Source of the DNA: a virus
Lineage: Duplodnaviria; Caudoviricetes
Virus record (IMG/VR): IMGVR_UViG_3300025358_000006
Location: 1 to 63,289 of that record
Strand: one strand, 5' to 3'
Length of the DNA: 63,289 bases
The notes under the pieces are model-generated. The model was not told the origin of the DNA and did not search any database. It saw nothing but the letters and a program-made list of their open reading frames with translations. Both the position numbers and the translations under genes were made by a program. Below, piece after piece: positions 8,949 to 21,700 of this stretch. The stretch's first letter is position 1; each line of letters starts with the position of its first letter.

Positions 8949-9509
8949 ATGGCAAAAGGTTTAAAAACAGCAAAATATAATAATGAGCAATACACTGGTG
9001 CGACAATCCAGATGGACTCACAGATTGGTCCTGCGGTAGTTATATGGGCAAATAGCACATCTACAACTACTTACACAGCATTTGGTGGTGTTGGTGGTAA
9101 CCCAACAAACACAAGTCCTCGTACTATTCAAGTGCATTTCAAAGATGCAAGCGGTAATGCGTATAATGACGGATTTATCTTAGGACAACGCGGACGTAAA
9201 CAGTTCGACGTTGAAAGTGTAGGCGGCGGCGCATCAACAAGAACACGTTGCACCCTTGTTGAAAGTGGCACTTTATCCGCTAAACAAATGTATATTCTAT
9301 TTGGATATAACGGTGGCGGTACTCAATACGCAACTCGTATATCAAATCGTTATGTATGGACAGCAGGAAGTACTGTACGTCTGCCATATACATTAGGTTT
9401 AACCGCAGAAGTTCAATATGCCCAAGCAACATCTGGAATAGTTTTTCAAAACTATCCAGGACAAACCCAAACTTATCCAACTTTGGCTGTTGTTGAAGGA
9501 CAAAACTAA
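8949..9509 (+). CDS. Putative virion structural protein (possible head decoration)
   Basis: Own late promoter, strong RBS, own terminator, Thr/Gly-rich beta-type sequence, next to the capsid gene; function inferred from context only. Confidence 0.5.
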   Translation: MAKGLKTAKYNNEQYTGATIQMDSQIGPAVVIWANSTSTTTYTAFGGVGGNPTNTSPRTIQVHFKDASGNAYNDGFILGQRGRKQFDVESVGGGASTRTRCTLVESGTLSAKQMYILFGYNGGGTQYATRISNRYVWTAGSTVRLPYTLGLTAEVQYAQATSGIVFQNYPGQTQTYPTLAVVEGQN

Positions 9510-9513
9510 AAAT

Positions 9514-9539
9514 AAGGACTACCTAGGTAGTCCTTTTTT
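9514..9539 (+). terminator. Intrinsic terminator
   Basis: AAGGACTACCTAGGTAGTCCTT perfect palindrome followed by a T tract just after the stop at 9509. Confidence 0.88.
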
Positions 9540-9541
9540 GT

Positions 9542-9811
9542 ATGAAGACATTGGTAACAAGTTTAGACTGGGTAGCAATAGAATCCGAATTAAAAAGTTT
9601 GGAAAATACGCTACCCTTGTTTAAACATGATGTTATTCGTTTTATAAAAGCTATCCGAGAGGATGTAACAGCATTAAGCAAACTAGAAGTAGAATTTCGT
9701 AGAACACATTCAAAGCAGTTAGAAAGAGAATGTGCTTCTAAAGTAACAAAAATCAACGAACAACTGAAATTAGTCCATAAATTCCATCTTATGAGCCTCC
9801 TAGCACAGTAG
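9542..9811 (+). CDS. Hypothetical helical protein
   Basis: 89-aa ORF filling the gap in the direction of its neighbours; no recognised motif. Confidence 0.5.
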   Translation: MKTLVTSLDWVAIESELKSLENTLPLFKHDVIRFIKAIREDVTALSKLEVEFRRTHSKQLERECASKVTKINEQLKLVHKFHLMSLLAQ

Positions 9812-9824
9812 GTAAATAAGAGTT

Positions 9825-10346
9825 ATGCCAATTCAGTCTAATCTTTTTCACGCACAACTTATCGATCAAACTACAGATACTCTAGGAGATATAGAGTGGG
9901 ATACTGTTCGCGACCCGCAAACAATACGTAACATCCGACATCTAAGTAATTCTTCTATAGGAGATTTTAGAGAAAGAAGTTGGTTCATAAATTATCTAAA
10001 TTTTGCAGTAGACGAAACATTACCTAATGTAATAACGGGTATTAAATTAATTACAAAATGCCGCAGAAGAGGCAGAGTATTTGATGAAACTATAGCTCTA
10101 AGATATAACGGAAATATAGTTAGCGACAACAAAACTTCATATATTACAGACGTAGAACAGCATCTTTATAATAACGATATTATGACCTATGGTGGAGAAG
10201 GCGATCTATGGGGAACTATTATAACCCCAGACATGGTAAGAGATCCTAGCTGGGGGATAACCATGCGATTTCAAGCACATCCTATGTATCCGCATAGCGA
10301 TGGTATGCAGATTGACAAAGTCCAAATTTGTTTTTACGGCGAATAA
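9825..10346 (+). CDS. Hypothetical protein, probable beta-sandwich structural domain
   Basis: TAAATA at 9813-9818 six nt upstream; YGGEGDLWG...PSWGI motif of a kind seen in phage structural domains. Confidence 0.6.
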   Translation: MPIQSNLFHAQLIDQTTDTLGDIEWDTVRDPQTIRNIRHLSNSSIGDFRERSWFINYLNFAVDETLPNVITGIKLITKCRRRGRVFDETIALRYNGNIVSDNKTSYITDVEQHLYNNDIMTYGGEGDLWGTIITPDMVRDPSWGITMRFQAHPMYPHSDGMQIDKVQICFYGE

Positions 10347-10369
10347 ATACACTAAAGGAATCATTCTAA

Positions 10370-11479
10370 ATGGCTATTAATGACGTACTACGTGTCCAAG
10401 GAAATTACATAATCGAAGCCCCTAACGGCACGATTACGTTAGATCCCGGAATCCCATTCACTAACACAGATGGCAATCCTGCTACGACAGGTACTGTTAT
10501 TATCACAGGTAATTTAGATGTTCGCGGTGCAACAACTACGATCGAATCTATAACAGCTACAATCACAGATAACGTTATTACTTTGAATCAAGGACAGCCT
10601 GGTACTGATCAAGTGAGCCTAGGAAATTCAGGTATCATTATTGATCGAGGCAACAATGCAGATCCTACATACAGAGCTAGTATTCTGTACGATGACACTT
10701 ATACATGGACTTATTCCGGGGCATCAATATATAAAGGGTCATTTAACTTTGTAAACAAAAACACCGGCGGCGCAATTAAAGTAAATGCAATACGTCTAGG
10801 AAATAACGCCCCAACTCTAGCTGGTAATATTGGACCAAGCCTAAGTTTGTTAGGTCCAGAAAATAGAACAGGAGTCTTGAGCGTCTATGGAACAACCAAT
10901 TACGAAGACTATTGCGGGCTTCACAAAGACAATATACCAAACGTTCAGTATGTACTGAACCAAATCACGTTAGGAGCACAAACTCCTCCAAACGTTAGAA
11001 AACTACAACAATTAAACAGCGCAGTTACACTAACAGATAACGGTGTTAATGCACCCAATGTAACTATTAATTTAGGTGGTCCTAATATCCAGTATACATT
11101 TAAATCAGACGGCGAATTAAGAATTGACGGATTAAATGCCAGTTTGAGTATTCTAGATAATAGTATTAGCGCAGTCGCTACAACAGCTACCCATGCCCCG
11201 TTGGTATTAAGCTCTTACGGTACGGACGGTATCGAATTGCAGAATTATCTAATACTAAAAGATTCAACACAATCTGCGGCATTTTGGACTGCGGCTAAAA
11301 ACAATCTAACTCCGGGTGATACCGTTGTTTACTCTAGTGCAACTACAGCCGTGTCAGGCGGCGGTACAAACATATTTTTTGTAAATAGTAACAACAAGAT
11401 AGATCCAACAACAAACACAGTGATACCAGAAGAGCTAGTATCACGTAAAAAAGCATTGGTTTATGCTATCGTATTCTAA
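10370..11479 (+). CDS. Baseplate/fibre-associated structural protein
   Basis: TAAATA at 10344-10349; contains the GNLDVRGATTTIES...DNVITLN domain shared with the giant fibres; hydrophobic C-terminus ALVYAIVF. Confidence 0.6.
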   Translation: MAINDVLRVQGNYIIEAPNGTITLDPGIPFTNTDGNPATTGTVIITGNLDVRGATTTIESITATITDNVITLNQGQPGTDQVSLGNSGIIIDRGNNADPTYRASILYDDTYTWTYSGASIYKGSFNFVNKNTGGAIKVNAIRLGNNAPTLAGNIGPSLSLLGPENRTGVLSVYGTTNYEDYCGLHKDNIPNVQYVLNQITLGAQTPPNVRKLQQLNSAVTLTDNGVNAPNVTINLGGPNIQYTFKSDGELRIDGLNASLSILDNSISAVATTATHAPLVLSSYGTDGIELQNYLILKDSTQSAAFWTAAKNNLTPGDTVVYSSATTAVSGGGTNIFFVNSNNKIDPTTNTVIPEELVSRKKALVYAIVF

Positions 11480-11488
11480 GGAAATATT

Positions 11489-11848
11489 ATGATCGTAAGT
11501 ACACAAATTGCAGGTTACCCAAGCACAACTAACATATTTTTTGCCAGCACAGGTAGCCAATACGCTGTCACTACACTAATATTATGCAATACTTCAGCAT
11601 CTGCTACTGCACAGGTTAATGTTTATGCACAAAGTTATGCAGGCGGTGGCGCACTAGGAGTCGCAGGAAACTTAGGTATCGGCACCAGCACACAAATTTT
11701 AAATCAAATTGCTATTCCTCCTACAGAGACTTTTATCATGGATACTGAAAAATTTATCATGGAAAGCAATGACAGATTAGATGCTACCGAAGTTTCCGGT
11801 AATGGCGGAATCGTAACTTGCACAGTTAGTGCAATAGTAACTTCATAA
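11489..11848 (+). CDS. Small beta-sandwich virion adaptor-like protein (paralogue of 25543-25950)
   Basis: Shares the LILCN...IPPxE/D...K(F/M)I.E..D pattern with the 135-aa ORF; AAGGA RBS. Confidence 0.55.
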   Translation: MIVSTQIAGYPSTTNIFFASTGSQYAVTTLILCNTSASATAQVNVYAQSYAGGGALGVAGNLGIGTSTQILNQIAIPPTETFIMDTEKFIMESNDRLDATEVSGNGGIVTCTVSAIVTS

Positions 11849-12636
11849 TGAAATACGTAAAAAAACTAAACCTAAATCGTAAACGTCCGTCTAGCCCGGA
11901 GTTTAATGTCGTAGTCGACCACTATGTGTCAGGACTTCCCTATGAGCGTATCGAAACTAATAGTCCTGTTAGTATCCAAGTACCGGCTGGCCCACAAGCA
12001 AGCCGTCCAACAGTTTATAAAAACGGTCAGTTACGTTACAATCAAACACTACAAGAATTAGAAGCTTACATAAATGGCACATGGGAAATTATTAGAACCG
12101 TGCGTCAACCTACTATCAGCTATAAAAGCTATTCTGGCGCAAATTATTTGAACACAATATTTGGACCATTGGCTTATGCTACAGATATTACAAAACCTCA
12201 GAACGTTGCGGTATATATTGAAAACGTTCCACAACTACCAGACACCAGTAATATTGCAGGTAGCAATATTGCAGGAAATTATCAACTAGTAAATACTCCT
12301 GCGGTAGCAAGACAATTATCAACTCCTGTTGTTCAAGGAGCAGTTACTCTTAACCTATTAACTCTACAAGATGTTCAAGGTGGTATTAGTCAAAGAGTAG
12401 TTGGACCTGGCATTGCCGCAGGTACAGTGGTTCAGTCCATAACAAACACAGCAACAAATACTATCAGGATTAGCGTACCTACAACAGCCGCTATTAATAC
12501 AAGTAGTGTTATACAATTTGTATTCTCAACAGGAACCTACGTTCAATTTACAGGTCCTGCACCGTCTAAAACTGTTTACACAGTACAAGGACTTGACGGT
12601 TATTTCCCAACACCTAACGGACTTTTCGAGTCCTAA
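11848..12636 (+). CDS. Fibre/baseplate-associated structural protein
   Basis: TAATG stop/start overlap; VPAGPQASRP...GQLRYNQTLQELEAYINGTW motif common in phage tail proteins. Confidence 0.6.
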   Translation: MKYVKKLNLNRKRPSSPEFNVVVDHYVSGLPYERIETNSPVSIQVPAGPQASRPTVYKNGQLRYNQTLQELEAYINGTWEIIRTVRQPTISYKSYSGANYLNTIFGPLAYATDITKPQNVAVYIENVPQLPDTSNIAGSNIAGNYQLVNTPAVARQLSTPVVQGAVTLNLLTLQDVQGGISQRVVGPGIAAGTVVQSITNTATNTIRISVPTTAAINTSSVIQFVFSTGTYVQFTGPAPSKTVYTVQGLDGYFPTPNGLFES

Positions 12637-12660
12637 AACCACAGTTTTAACAGTATAGAA

Positions 12661-12759
12661 TAAATACTAGTGATGCCAATTCATGGCAGAACATACTGTG
12701 GTAAACCCGCAATGTAAGGTGGTTATCCGTGAAACTCGGTGTATAAGGAGCTCTATAGC
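12661..12759 (+). promoter_or_regulatory. TAAATA late promoter (12661-12666) followed by a ~90-nt structured 5' leader
   Basis: Hairpins TGCCA/TGGCA (12674-12688), TGTGG/CCGCA and CCG-TGAAACT-CGG, then AAGGAG RBS. Confidence 0.55.
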
Positions 12760-15700
12760 ATGGCCGTAGGTCGCATAACAGGTCCGTTACTTGCAAGCAA
12801 TTTGCTTCGTGATGGAATAGATATACAAGTACAAAATGGTTTACTGTACCTTGACGTAACCAACAATAAAGTCGGTATTAATACCCAGACTCCTGCTTAT
12901 GACTTAGATGTCAACGCAACTATACACTCAATAAAACTAGTTGTTGATACTACATCAACATTGGGTCTTTTAACAGTTTCAAAGTCCGGAGTTGGAGCAT
13001 CAGCAAGTGCAACTATTAGCACAGTAAGTGGTCCTCTAAATATTACTCCAGCCGCAAATCAAACAGTATTTGTCGGAACAAACACAACTATCGGTGGAAA
13101 TTTACACGCACAAGGTAATATTACAGCCGATGGAAACATCATCTTAGGTAGCAATCAATTAGTAGATACTCTAGCACTTGGTGCAGAAATTATCAGCAGT
13201 ATAATTCCTAAGACAACAAACACATATAATATCGGTAGCACAACTAGTAACTGGGCTAACGGTTATTTTAACGGATTAGAAGTCGGTGGCTTGAATATTT
13301 CAGGCACAACTATTGCGGCCGCACAAGCAGGCGTTGGCATTAATATTGGAGCAACACCGGCGCAAGACATTAACGTAACTCCAATTACAAATCCTTTAGT
13401 TAATATCAATGGTCCTATTAGAGTTTGGGGAGATCATCCTCTAGGTACTGCTCCTGTTGTTTCAAATGTTCTATATGTTACAATGGACGGAGATGACACC
13501 AATGACGGTCGTGCGATGGATCCAAGTCGTGCTTGCCGTACTATTAGCGGTGCAACTAAATCACCATTTTATCAATCAGGTACAAGCATTAAAGTTTCGC
13601 CAGGCCGTTATCTAGAAAATAATCCTATCGAATTAAAACCTTATACTTCTGTTATCGGTAGTGACTTACGTACAACAGACGTTGAACCGATTAACAAGAC
13701 TCGCGATTTATTCCACGTACAATCTGGTTGCTATGTTGCCCAGATGCGTTTATTAAATGGTCGTTCTGGTTTAATCCCAGGGGGCTACGGTGTTACTCCA
13801 TACGGTTACAAGGTAGGTAATAATCGCGGTGCTTATGCAACTGCTTTCCCAACTAATGGAACTATAGATCTATATCACTCACCATACATACAAAACGTAA
13901 GTAATCAATCCGGTCCTTGGTTGTATGATGGTACCATGTTTATTCCTAATCAAACTGTACAGATTCCAGAAGCTGTCGGTACCGCAAGCTATGCGGCAAA
14001 CACAAATACTATCACTGTAACTCTTTCAACAGGTAGTTTGTATGTTGGCCAAGCAGTTAATTCAGGTCCACAAGATGAAGGTTATTTTGCGGCTCGTTCG
14101 CTATTGTTAGCAAATGAAGCGTTCATACAAGAACAAGTAGTTGCATGGACAAATCAAGAATACGGTGGCCCATTCCAATATAATTCAGCTAAATGTACTC
14201 GAGACACTGGATTGATCATTGACGGCCTAGCACTAGATGTTCTATATCAAGGAAACAGCCAATCTGTTTTCTCTGGATTACAATACTGGAATCAAAGCGG
14301 ATATGTAGGATCTGTAGGCGGAGAAGTAACAACAACAACTGCGGCAATTAACTGGATCGCAAGCCTAACATCTGCGATTATTTTAGGCCAATCAGTTCCA
14401 TTCACTTATCAAAATACAATTACACAAACTGTAGTAACTAGCGTTGGTAACTCTGCCGATGTGACAGCAGTACAAAATGATTTTAAAGTTATTACAAACA
14501 TTTTAACAACAGGTACTACTGCTGTTACCGATAAAATTATTCCTAACGGAGCAGTTACTACAGCAACACATACTCTAAATGCTTACGCGGCATTACAGGC
14601 CAACCGTTCTTTCTTACAAGCAGAAGCTATTGCTTGGGTAGAAGCTAATAAAACAATCGGCTTTACATACAATCAAGCCAAGTGCTATAGAGACACTGGA
14701 TTGATCGTTGATGCTATCGTCCAAGATATGTTGTTTGGAGGCACAAGCCAGTCAACATTTGCTGGTATTCAATACTACAATCAAACATCATCTGTTATTC
14801 CTGGAGAGCAAACAACAACCACTGCGGCAATTAGCTACATTAGTCAATTGGCACAACGTATTGTTGTTAATGATTTGACTGGTACACGTTATCAAAGTAC
14901 TGTAACACAAACAACAAGTCCAACACCTGGTACTTCTGCAGAAGCAAGTACAGTTGGTACAGACTTTAGTTTGATAGTACAAATTATAAACAGCGGAACA
15001 GCTGGTGTTACAGATTTAATCGTTCCAAACGGAATAGTTGCAAGTTCTAACGCAAACATTCAACACGCTTATGCGTTGTTGCAAGCTAATAAAAATTACA
15101 TGGAAGCAGAAGCAACTGCCTTCGTTAACAGTACATATCCTAGCTTCAGCTACAGCGGAACCAAGTGTGCTAGAGATATCGGCTATATGGTTGATTCTGT
15201 TGCATTTGACTTATTGTACGGCGGCAATCGACAAGCAATTCAATCAGGTGTTTACTATTATGGTTATTCAGGCACTTCTAGTGCTATTCCAGGAGAACAA
15301 GCGCAAACTCTAAATGCTTATAATTTTATTAACAATCTAATTACAGATATTGTTACTGCTACTCCTATAGCAACACCATATCAATATACAGCAACACAGG
15401 TTACAAGCCTACCAGCAGGTACAACAAGCGAAGTAACAAGCCTACAGAATAATCTATCTGTTATTACTAGTATCATTACAGGTGGTCCGAGCTCAGCATC
15501 TGCACCAACAAGCATTCCACAAACAATAAGTGCAAATTCAAATGTTCTACATGCCGCGGCAATAGTTGAAGCTAACAGAACATTTATTCAAGCAGAAGTT
15601 ATTGCTTACACAAATTCACAGTACGCAATTTATGATCAAGCCAAGTGTGCTCGCGATACAGGATTGATAGTTGATGCATTGGCATTTGATTTATTATATC

Positions 15701-18700
15701 CAACTAAAGGCAACAGTCAATCAACATTTGCAGGTTTGCAATATTGGAATCAAGGCACTTATATCAAACCAATAGGCAGTGAAATTATCACTGCTACTAA
15801 TGCTATATTGTTTGCTAGCAAGTTGGCTCAACAAATTGTAGTTGGCTCAACAGCAGGCCCGAGATATCAAAGTACTTTAACACAGATTACAAACTTAACT
15901 CCTGCTACTTCTAATGAAGTTGCATTAGTTGCCGCAGACTTTAATACTGTTATTGGAATTTTAAATAACGGCACTGCTGGTGTTACAGAAAATATTGTTC
16001 CTAACACAACAGCAAGCTCTACAGCAAGTATTGTTGCGGCTTACAATTTATTAAATGCGAATCGACAATATATCCAAGCAGAAACTGTTGCGTATGTTGA
16101 TTCTATTCGCGGAACATTCCCATACAATCATTCTAAATGCGAGCGCGATACACGATTAGTAGTCGATGCTCTTGTACAAGATTTAATCTTCCAAGGTTCA
16201 AGTCAAACTGTATTTTCAGGTTTACAATACTGGAATCAAACTACAACTGCGATACCTGGAGAAGTTACAACAACTACAAACGCAATTAACTATGTTTCTA
16301 GTCTAGCACAGAAAGTTATTGCTAACAACCAAACAGGTATACGTTATCAATCGACAGTAACACAAAACGTATCATTCACTCCTGGTACTTCAGCCGAACA
16401 GGCTCTAATTGGTACAGATTTTTCAGTAATTACAGATCTAATTACCAATGGTACAGCAGGTGTAAGCGATATGATAGTTCCAAACGGAATTACACCTAGT
16501 TCAAATAACAATGTAACTAATGCTTATAATATTTTACAAGCAAACCGTGCATACCTAATTGCAGAAGGTGTTGCTTATGTTGAGTCAACCAAGACTAGCG
16601 GATTTACATACGATGGTACAAAATGCCAACGTGATATTGGCTACATGGTTGACTCAGTATCTTTTGATTTGTTGTATGGCGGTAATCGTCAAGCTATTCA
16701 ATCAGGTGTTTACTATTTTGGATACTCAACAACATCAAGTGCTATTCCGGGAGAAATCACAGAAACTGTAGCAGGTTACGCACATATCGGTGGTATCATT
16801 TCCAGTATCATACAGGGATTTGCGATAGGAAGCTCATATCAGACATGGGTATCACAAACAACATCTGGATTGGGCGGAACTACTTCAGAAGTAAACTATG
16901 TACAGACTCTGATCAGTACTTTGGAAAACATCATTCAAAATGGTCCTAGCCAAGCTCCTGCAGAAAGTCCAATCAGTTTAACACGTAGTAATAATCCTAA
17001 CGTTCTAAATGCGGCAACATTATTACATAACAATAGAGAATTTATTACCCAAGAAGTTGTAGCATACATTGATGCAACATATAACACAAATACATTCACA
17101 TATAATGAATACAAGTGTAAGCGTGATACAGGCCTAATTGTTGATGCCCTATTACAAGATCTATATTTTGGCGGAACAAGTCAATCGACTTTTGCTGGCA
17201 TCCAATATTGGAATCAAACTACAACAACTATTCCAGGTGAAGTTTCAACTACTACATCGGCTATTGCTTATGTTTCATCGTTGGCTCAACGTATCGTAAT
17301 GAATGATACGACCGGTCTTCGTTATTCAACATCTACACAAGTAACTAACCTAAGTGCCCCAGGCACAGCCGCAGAAGCAACTGTGGTTGCTAATGAGTTT
17401 GCGACTATTGTAAACATTATAACAACCGGCACAACAGGTATTACTGATAAGATAATTCCAAACGGAATTACACCAAGTACAAAAGCCAATGTATTAAATG
17501 CTTACACTTTATTAGAAGCTAATAAGAGCTACCTACAGGCAGAAGCAGTTGCGTACATTACAGCAACAGCACCTTCGTTCGTATATGATAAGTCAAAGTG
17601 TGCTAGAGATGTAGCCTATATGGTAGATTCTGTTGCGTTTGATTTGAAATGGGGCGGAAATCGTCAAGCTATACAATCAGGCACTTACTATTTTGGTTAT
17701 AGTTTAACTTCTAGTGCTATTCCAAATGAAAGCACAGAAGTTTTAGATGCTTACACATACCTAAGTTCACTAGTTGGTAGTATTGTAACAGCAACACCGG
17801 TAGTTCCTTATCAAACTGCAATCAGCCAAGTGTCTAACTTACCTGTTGCAACAAATACAGAAGTTACTGCTCTGCAAAATAATGTTTCTTATATTAAAAA
17901 TATTATTGCAAACGGTCCAAATGTTGCAAGTGCGCCTACATCAATTCCTTTAGCACCTAGTGCATCTTCTAGTGTATACAATGCTGTACAATTATTAGAA
18001 GCTAATCGTGCATTTATACAAGCAGAACTAACAGCGTACATCAACAACAAATATAATGTATTCACATACAACGAAGATAAATGTTTCCGTGACACAGGAT
18101 ATATTGTTGACAGTATTGCATTTGACTTGTTACACGGCGGTAATCGTCAAGCAACACAAGCCGGAGTTTACTACTACGGATTCTCAAATACACAAAGCGC
18201 AATACCTGGAGAACAGGCAAACACAGTTGCGGCTTACGATAGGATCAAATCTATCATAGGTCCTATTATATTAGGACAACCTATCACTAAGTCAGCAGGT
18301 AATCCTAGCTCACAAGTTACTGGCTTACCAATTGCAACTCAATTACAAGTTACTTCTCTACAATCTCTTGTAGATGACATCACTAATATTATTGACATTG
18401 GTCCAAGCGCGGCCGCAAGTGCTATACCAATTAGCTTAACAGCTAGTTCAGATGTTAATGCACAAAAAGCATTTAACTATCTAATGGCAAACCGTTCGTT
18501 TATTGTAAACGAAGTTATTGCTTATGTTAACGCTCAGTACGGAACAGCATTTGAGTATGATGCAGTTAAATGTAAACGTGATATCGGTTACATGATCGAC
18601 TGTGTTAGCTTTGATTTGCTTCGCGGCGGTAATCGTCAAGCTATTCAAGCAGGTACACTATACTTTGGATATAACAGCAATTCGACTACTTTAATCAATG

Positions 18701-21700
18701 AATTAAAGCAAACTGTTATGGCCTACGAATACATGGCTACATTAGTAAATGCAGTTGTACAAAATCAGGCATTAAGCAATTTCTATCAATCCGATATTCC
18801 ACAGACATTGATCGAAAATGCGCCATCGACTTCTGCTATTGCGGCAGAATTAGTAAGCGACATTTCCTTGATGACTCGAATTATCAGCAACGGTCCTTCA
18901 GAAGCTCCTGCTTTAATTCCAATTAGTTTAACAGAGTCGGCTGATGCTAACAGAGCTAATGCGTATGCTCTCTTAGAAGCTAATCGTTCATTTATTGTAG
19001 CAGAAATTATTGCGTTTGTCAATACACTACCTAATTTTGTTTACGATCAAGCCAAGTGTTATCGTGACGTGGGTATTATTGTCGAGAACCTAGCGTTTGA
19101 TATTTCTTTTGGTGGAAACCAAAAAGCAGTTGAGTCTGGTTTAGGATATTACAAAGGCGTAACATCTGTAATCCAGGGAGAAACAACACAGACTATTGGT
19201 GCGATCAATTACATCAATACTTTAGCAAATTATATTATTAATAATCAAGTTGCTCCAAATGTGATCGGTAGTACTGCTACACAATCACAGGTTATCAACA
19301 CAGCATTAGTGGGCGGCGGAATAGCAAGCACAGCATTAGCTAATGGTGTTTCGATTATAACAGACATCATTCAGAATGGCCCAAGTGCGGCTCCAGACAG
19401 TTACATTGGTGCGGCAATTGACCCTGCATACATGAGTGCAGAAATATTATTGCAGTTAAACAGAAGCTTTATACAAGAAGAAGTTGTTTCTTATGTCAAC
19501 GCACAGTTCTTAACATTCCCATATGACAGTAAGAAATGTTCACGTGATACAGGATTGATAGTCGATGCCGTTGCATTTGATATGCTATATCCAAGTAATC
19601 CTTACAGTCAATCAACATTTGCCGCGATTCAATATTGGAGTCAGAACGGGTATACCGGTGCTATCGAAAGCGAACTATCGACAACTACAAATGCTATTTC
19701 TTATCTAAGTGGCCTAGCATCAAGGATCATTCTAAACGATACTACAGGTGCAAGATATCAAAATAACATCACACAAACAACTATTCCAGGTGCTCCGGCA
19801 ACACAGAATGAAGTTGTTGCGCTAGGTGCAGAGTTTTCTATCATTACAGAAATTATCAACAATTATACAGTAACTGGATTACCAATTACTGATGGTATTG
19901 TTCCTAACGGTAATGCAACAACTTCTATAACAATTAATAACGCTTACGCACTACTGCAAGCTAACAGACAGTATCTACAAGCAGAAACAGTTGCTTGGGT
20001 TGAAGCTAATAAGACAGCCGGCTTTAACTATGATAGAGCAACTTGTTTCCGTGATGCAGGATACATGATAGACTCTGTGTCTTTTGACTTGCTACATGGT
20101 GGTAACCGTCAAGCAGTTCAAAGTGGTGTTTACTATTACAGCTACACTAGTGGATCTACACAGATCTCTGGACAAACAACACAAACAGTTGCGGCATTTA
20201 ATCACATTGCCACAGTTGCTGAAGCATTGATCAGAGGTCAAGTAGTTACTCCTACTACTGGTAATTTAGCGTTACCAGTTACTGGATTGCCAACAGCTAG
20301 TGCGGCTGAAGTAACACAGATACAAAATATCTTCTCTAATATTACAAACTTAATCCAAAATGGTCCAAGCGTACTTGGTACTAAACAGCCAATTGGTTTA
20401 ACACCTAGCCAGAATATTAACGTACAACACGCATACAATATTTTAGAAGCTAATCGTGCATTCCTACAAGCTGAGATGGTGGCATGGGTTGATTACACAT
20501 ATAACAGTAACGGATTCAATTACAATCAAGCACTATGCTATAGAGATACAGGATTTATTGTTGATGCAATTAGCCAAGACATATTACTAGGTGGAAATCA
20601 TAAATCAATTGAAGCCGCTGTAACTTATTGGGTAGGTTCCGTAAGCGCCATTCCTGGAGAGATTACACAGACAATGGCCGCATACAATTACCTAGCACAA
20701 ATAGCTAGCAACGTTGTATCTAACTCTACGTTTACACAGATTTCATACGCAACACAGATAGTAAATCCTTTCTACGCAAATGGTAACGAAGCTATTCCAA
20801 GAATTGAAAGTTTAGTTGCTATGATGAATAACATTATCGAAAATGGACCAAGTGCGGCTCCAGAAGGATACGACGGTTCGGGATTGTTCCCAGTGCGTTT
20901 TGATCCTATTATCGATAACGTAAACATTGCTCCACAAATTGCAAGCCTTTCAACAAATACAGATGGATCATATACTGTAGGATTGACACAGAATACTGTG
21001 GGAGCAGGTACAAACTATACAATGTACTTTGGTCAGACCAGTGTGTATCCTGTGCAGACTAAAGATGTTCCAGAAAACTGGGCGCAACGTGCGATCGATC
21101 CGTTTGGTTCAATGGGCGGTAGCTTAGTCGACGGTGCAGTTATAAGTAGACGTTCACCGATCCAATCGTTCGTTTATGATGCGTATACTCAAATTAACCA
21201 AGGTGGTGTTGGTATCAAGATTACCAACAACGGATATGCACAGCTAGTTTCTGTGTTTACGATTTTCTGTGGAACATCTGTTGTCACAGACAACGGCGGT
21301 ATTTGTTCTATTACTAACTCTAACGCCAACTTCGGTGATTACTGTCTAGTATCTAAGGGATACGGTTACTTAGATTTCTTTGGTGAAGTTTATAACCCAC
21401 CAAAACTACCGTACTATCCAAACGGTGTGTACCCAAGCAGTCAAGTAGTCGAAGTATATTGTCCAGATCCAAACAATCGTCCACACATTGGTCAGATCAT
21501 GGAAGTTGTTGCTCCAGAAGGTTACACCAACAACCAAGGACTACCAGGCTTCTTATCAGCCAATCCAAATACAAGTACTATTACAACAGGTACAGTGACA
21601 ATCAACGGCATTGATAATTCAGGTATTGTTATTGGTCAAAATGTTTATATCATTGATCAATACGGAAATTATACAGATATCAACGGTACTTATTATTGTG

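Noticed and set aside
12667-12759. Assignment of the leader to a known riboswitch class (e.g. c-di-GMP)
   Set aside because: I could not match the consensus of any known class by eye; kept only as an unassigned structured leader.
12739-12759. ORF-track starts at 12739 (also 3710, 50629, 54380, 58954)
   Set aside because: Downstream in-frame ATGs fit the RBS, promoter or stop-overlap context better.
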